From positions 42,904,001 through 42,968,000 of the forward strand of contig NC_135891.1 in NCBI RefSeq assembly GCF_964194155.1: a stretch of 64,000 nt of DNA. Direction: 5' to 3'. This document shows, piece by piece, positions 61,374-64,000 of the stretch (the stretch's first letter is position 1; each line of letters begins with the position of its first letter). The position numbers and the translations under genes were made by a program. Source of the DNA: Cetorhinus maximus (Eukaryota). Below the pieces are notes generated by a model that searched no databases, was not told the origin of the DNA, and saw nothing but the letters and a program-made list of their open reading frames with translations.

Positions 61374-61555
61374 GAGAGAAACCCTTTTCCTGCCCTCATT
61401 GCAACAGAGCGTTTGCAGATCGATCCAACCTCAGAGCCCATCTGCAGACTCACTCAGATGTCAAAAAATACCAGTGCAAAAACTGCTCCAAGACTTTCTC
61501 CAGAATGTCTCTTCTTCATAAACATGAAGAAACAGGATGCTGTGCAGCTCGCTGA
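61374..61555 (+). CDS. SNAI1: SNAI1 exon 3 (zinc fingers 4-5)
   Basis: [60 protein letters not shown]. Total CDS 798 nt = 265 aa plus stop. Confidence 0.96.
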
Positions 61556-62280
61556 AGAAAATAATCTTTCAAAACAAGAACTGCTGTATGCATTTCAGCC
61601 CATTGCATATTGATAATAAGACAATCTCTTCTGCTGGCCTATGGCGATCTTTATTTATTAGAACATCAATATTAACATTCTGTTTTTGTATATCAACACT
61701 CCCACCTTCTTGGGGATGGGGGGGGTTGGGGGTGGTAGGGCAAAGGCTGGCCCTCTTAGGGACTCCTAAGGGATATCAGTATAACACGCCAGAGAGTTTG
61801 TCTCTTATGGTGTAACTATGCAATAAAATGTCTTTTTCTGAGGGCTGCTGGCATAAATGTTCTCAATGGAACAATGAAGCCCTGCAATGTGTAAAGAATT
61901 GTGCAATGGGTTTAACAGATATCACTTGCTATCTGAAACAAAATTCCTGTTTACGGGCAAGCTGAAGCACCTGTTAATATGAACCTTAACAACTGTTTTT
62001 CAGTAGACGTGTAACTAATGGCAAGCAGTTGTCACATGTTACAATGCAGGGCTTACATAAATGCCTGACTATTGACAGGTGTGTGCCAAAAGACTTTTTA
62101 TGGCTATTGACAGGTGCCTGGTGAACGCATTTTTTCTATACAGTGTTTGTACACAATTGTCACAATATATATTTGTTTACAATACAAGGGTACACTGGTA
62201 TTACTTTGTATACTGTAATTTTTTACGTGACAGTTTTGTATTGCTGAGACTTTAACAGGTACATTATGTAAAGAATATGT

Positions 62281-62286
62281 AATAAA
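62281..62286 (+). terminator. Likely SNAI1 polyadenylation signal
   Basis: AATAAA preceded by several TGTA elements and followed by a T/GT-rich stretch. A proximal AATAAA lies at 61822-61827. Confidence 0.6.
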
Positions 62287-62403
62287 ATTTTTACATTTAA
62301 CAATGAAGTATTTTGTGGAGATTGTTTAAGGAATATCAGTGAACACTACAGTTACCTATCTTCTACATGTCTAATAATTCAAAAGAAAAAGCCTGAAACT
62401 AGT

Positions 62404-62479
62404 TCCAAAATACATCAAAGCAGACAGTACAGTTGCCTGAATCTAACTCCAAAATACATCAAAGCAGACAGTGCAGTTG
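62404..62479. repeat. 32-bp direct repeat with 44-bp period
   Basis: tccaaaatacatcaaagcagacagt(a/g)cagttg at 62404 and 62448. Confidence 0.9.
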
Positions 62480-63104
62480 AACTATGTTTAATAATTTAAA
62501 TACCTTTTGTTGAATGGCATGGGAGATGCAACCTATATATCCTGCTGTAAGTTCTAAAGGTGGAGAGAAGTTTCAGGTTCTCCTACATGGACCAACAGTT
62601 GATTTAAAAAAATGCTCATGAAATTGCACTTTCATAAACACAAATTAAACAGTAAATTTAAAGTGTGCATATCTGCAACCTGGTATAATATCACTCAGGT
62701 CAGATTTCTCATTTTATCAGCAGCAACTGGTTAGTTTCAATCACAAAGACTAAATTTGAGTTGGCTATGCTTAATTGGTATCCAGTGAATTATTGGAGTT
62801 TTCCATTCTGAGTTTGCAAAATCTACAGTCACTTTTGTACCAAGCTTCCAGTTGAATAAAAGCACACATTATTCAACCCGTAGCAACCACATCTTTTACA
62901 CAACTGTGGAGCTGAACTTAATACATAATTGGTTCAATGAATTTGCTGACACAAGCAACCTCACAACCGGAAGCCATCAATACATCCTTGGGAAATTATG
63001 ATGACTGATCTCAATTGTTCTGACTGGACGAGAGTTAAGAGTTTACAAAAATGAAATATGCATTGTTGGATCAGCACTCTGGCTATCAGATTTGATTTGG
63101 TCTC

Positions 63105-63470
63105 ATACCCACTGTCCTCACTGACCTATACTGGCTCCTGGTGACTCAATGCTTCAAATTTAAAGCTTCCTCATGTGTCCATGTCCTTCCATGGTCTGAC
63201 TCCTCTCTATCTCATGCCCCACAAATTCTCAACAATTCTGACTCTGTCCTCTTGTGCATCACCCACCCTTTGAATTTTCTGGAATTCTCTCCTTAAATCC
63301 CCCTGTCTTTCCATCTAACTCTCCTATGTTAAGACTCTCTTTAAAACACAATTCTTTCCCCAGATTTTAGTCAATCCCCCTAATCTCTTTCCCTTAGCAT
63401 CTGCTTCTCTCATACCTCTGGGACATGTCTTGGAACAGAAAGGCACTTCATAAACAAGTTTTTTTTTTAA
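63105..63470 (+). mobile_element. Old L2 3' fragment
   Basis: 'ctcactgacctatactggctcctg...ctcttgtgcatc' resembles 14100-14500. Confidence 0.6.
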
Positions 63471-64000
63471 TGTTGCTTATTTGTGCCAGAAAACACAAAT
63501 TTCTTATTAAAAAACCTGCCATTTGATAAGAAAAATTAGTGTAATGATTGGGTAGTATCCTAAATGCAGATAATTTTATAATGACCTGAATTTTACATTC
63601 AGCAGTGAAGGATGATGCCCATGTTGACCTTGAAAAACAGATGTACCTAAAGATTTGTGGCTCTAGGGCATAGATTTCTCTATCCTGGTGTCAGTTTGAA
63701 TTTGGCATCATTTATCAGGGATCTGTGGAATCCAGCAACAGGACAGGTGGCAGGTGGACTTATCTACCAGTCAGATTGAAGAATTCTTATGGATAGCAAA
63801 AGAAAACTCAAAAAATTGTAACTCACACTTTAATAATTGGATAGAACACCTGTGTGGTTAAGGGGGAAGCTGAAATCTGGAAAAAAAATTGATTGTTTTT
63901 AAAAACATGTAGTTTTAAATGTCATGATGGAATGAGAGTCCACATTTATAAAATTAGTTATTTTAGGGTCAAAGAGATGGTCAGTGGCAATTATGACTTA

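Noticed and set aside
1-64000. Prokaryotic systems (CRISPR array, operon, defence island, phage)
   Set aside because: Spliced vertebrate genes and vertebrate retroelements throughout; no repeat-spacer array and no gene-dense ORF run.

Overview
Vertebrate nuclear DNA, most likely from a shark or ray (inferred from HE1-type V-SINEs, DeuSINE-like elements, abundant CR1/L2/RTE/Tx1 LINEs and Penelope elements). It carries the SPATA2(-) / RNF114(+) / SNAI1(+) block, in the same order and orientation as human 20q13. Present: the 5' part of SPATA2 (probable non-coding exon plus first coding exon; the rest lies left of the window), a complete 6-exon RNF114 (228 aa) and a complete 3-exon SNAI1 (265 aa, five zinc fingers). 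Roughly half of the rest is decayed, often nested retroelements. Best second-look items: a compact bidirectional promoter apparently shared by SPATA2 and RNF114; two local duplications in RNF114 that copy splice sites (a frameshifted copy of exon 3 with an intact acceptor, and a 61-bp repeat giving exon 4 two identical donors); minimal hammerhead-ribozyme motifs with variant cores in Penelope repeats; and E-box and miRNA-seed clusters around SNAI1. I found no clearly new multi-gene system. All calls were made by eye without database searches, and repeat boundaries are approximate.
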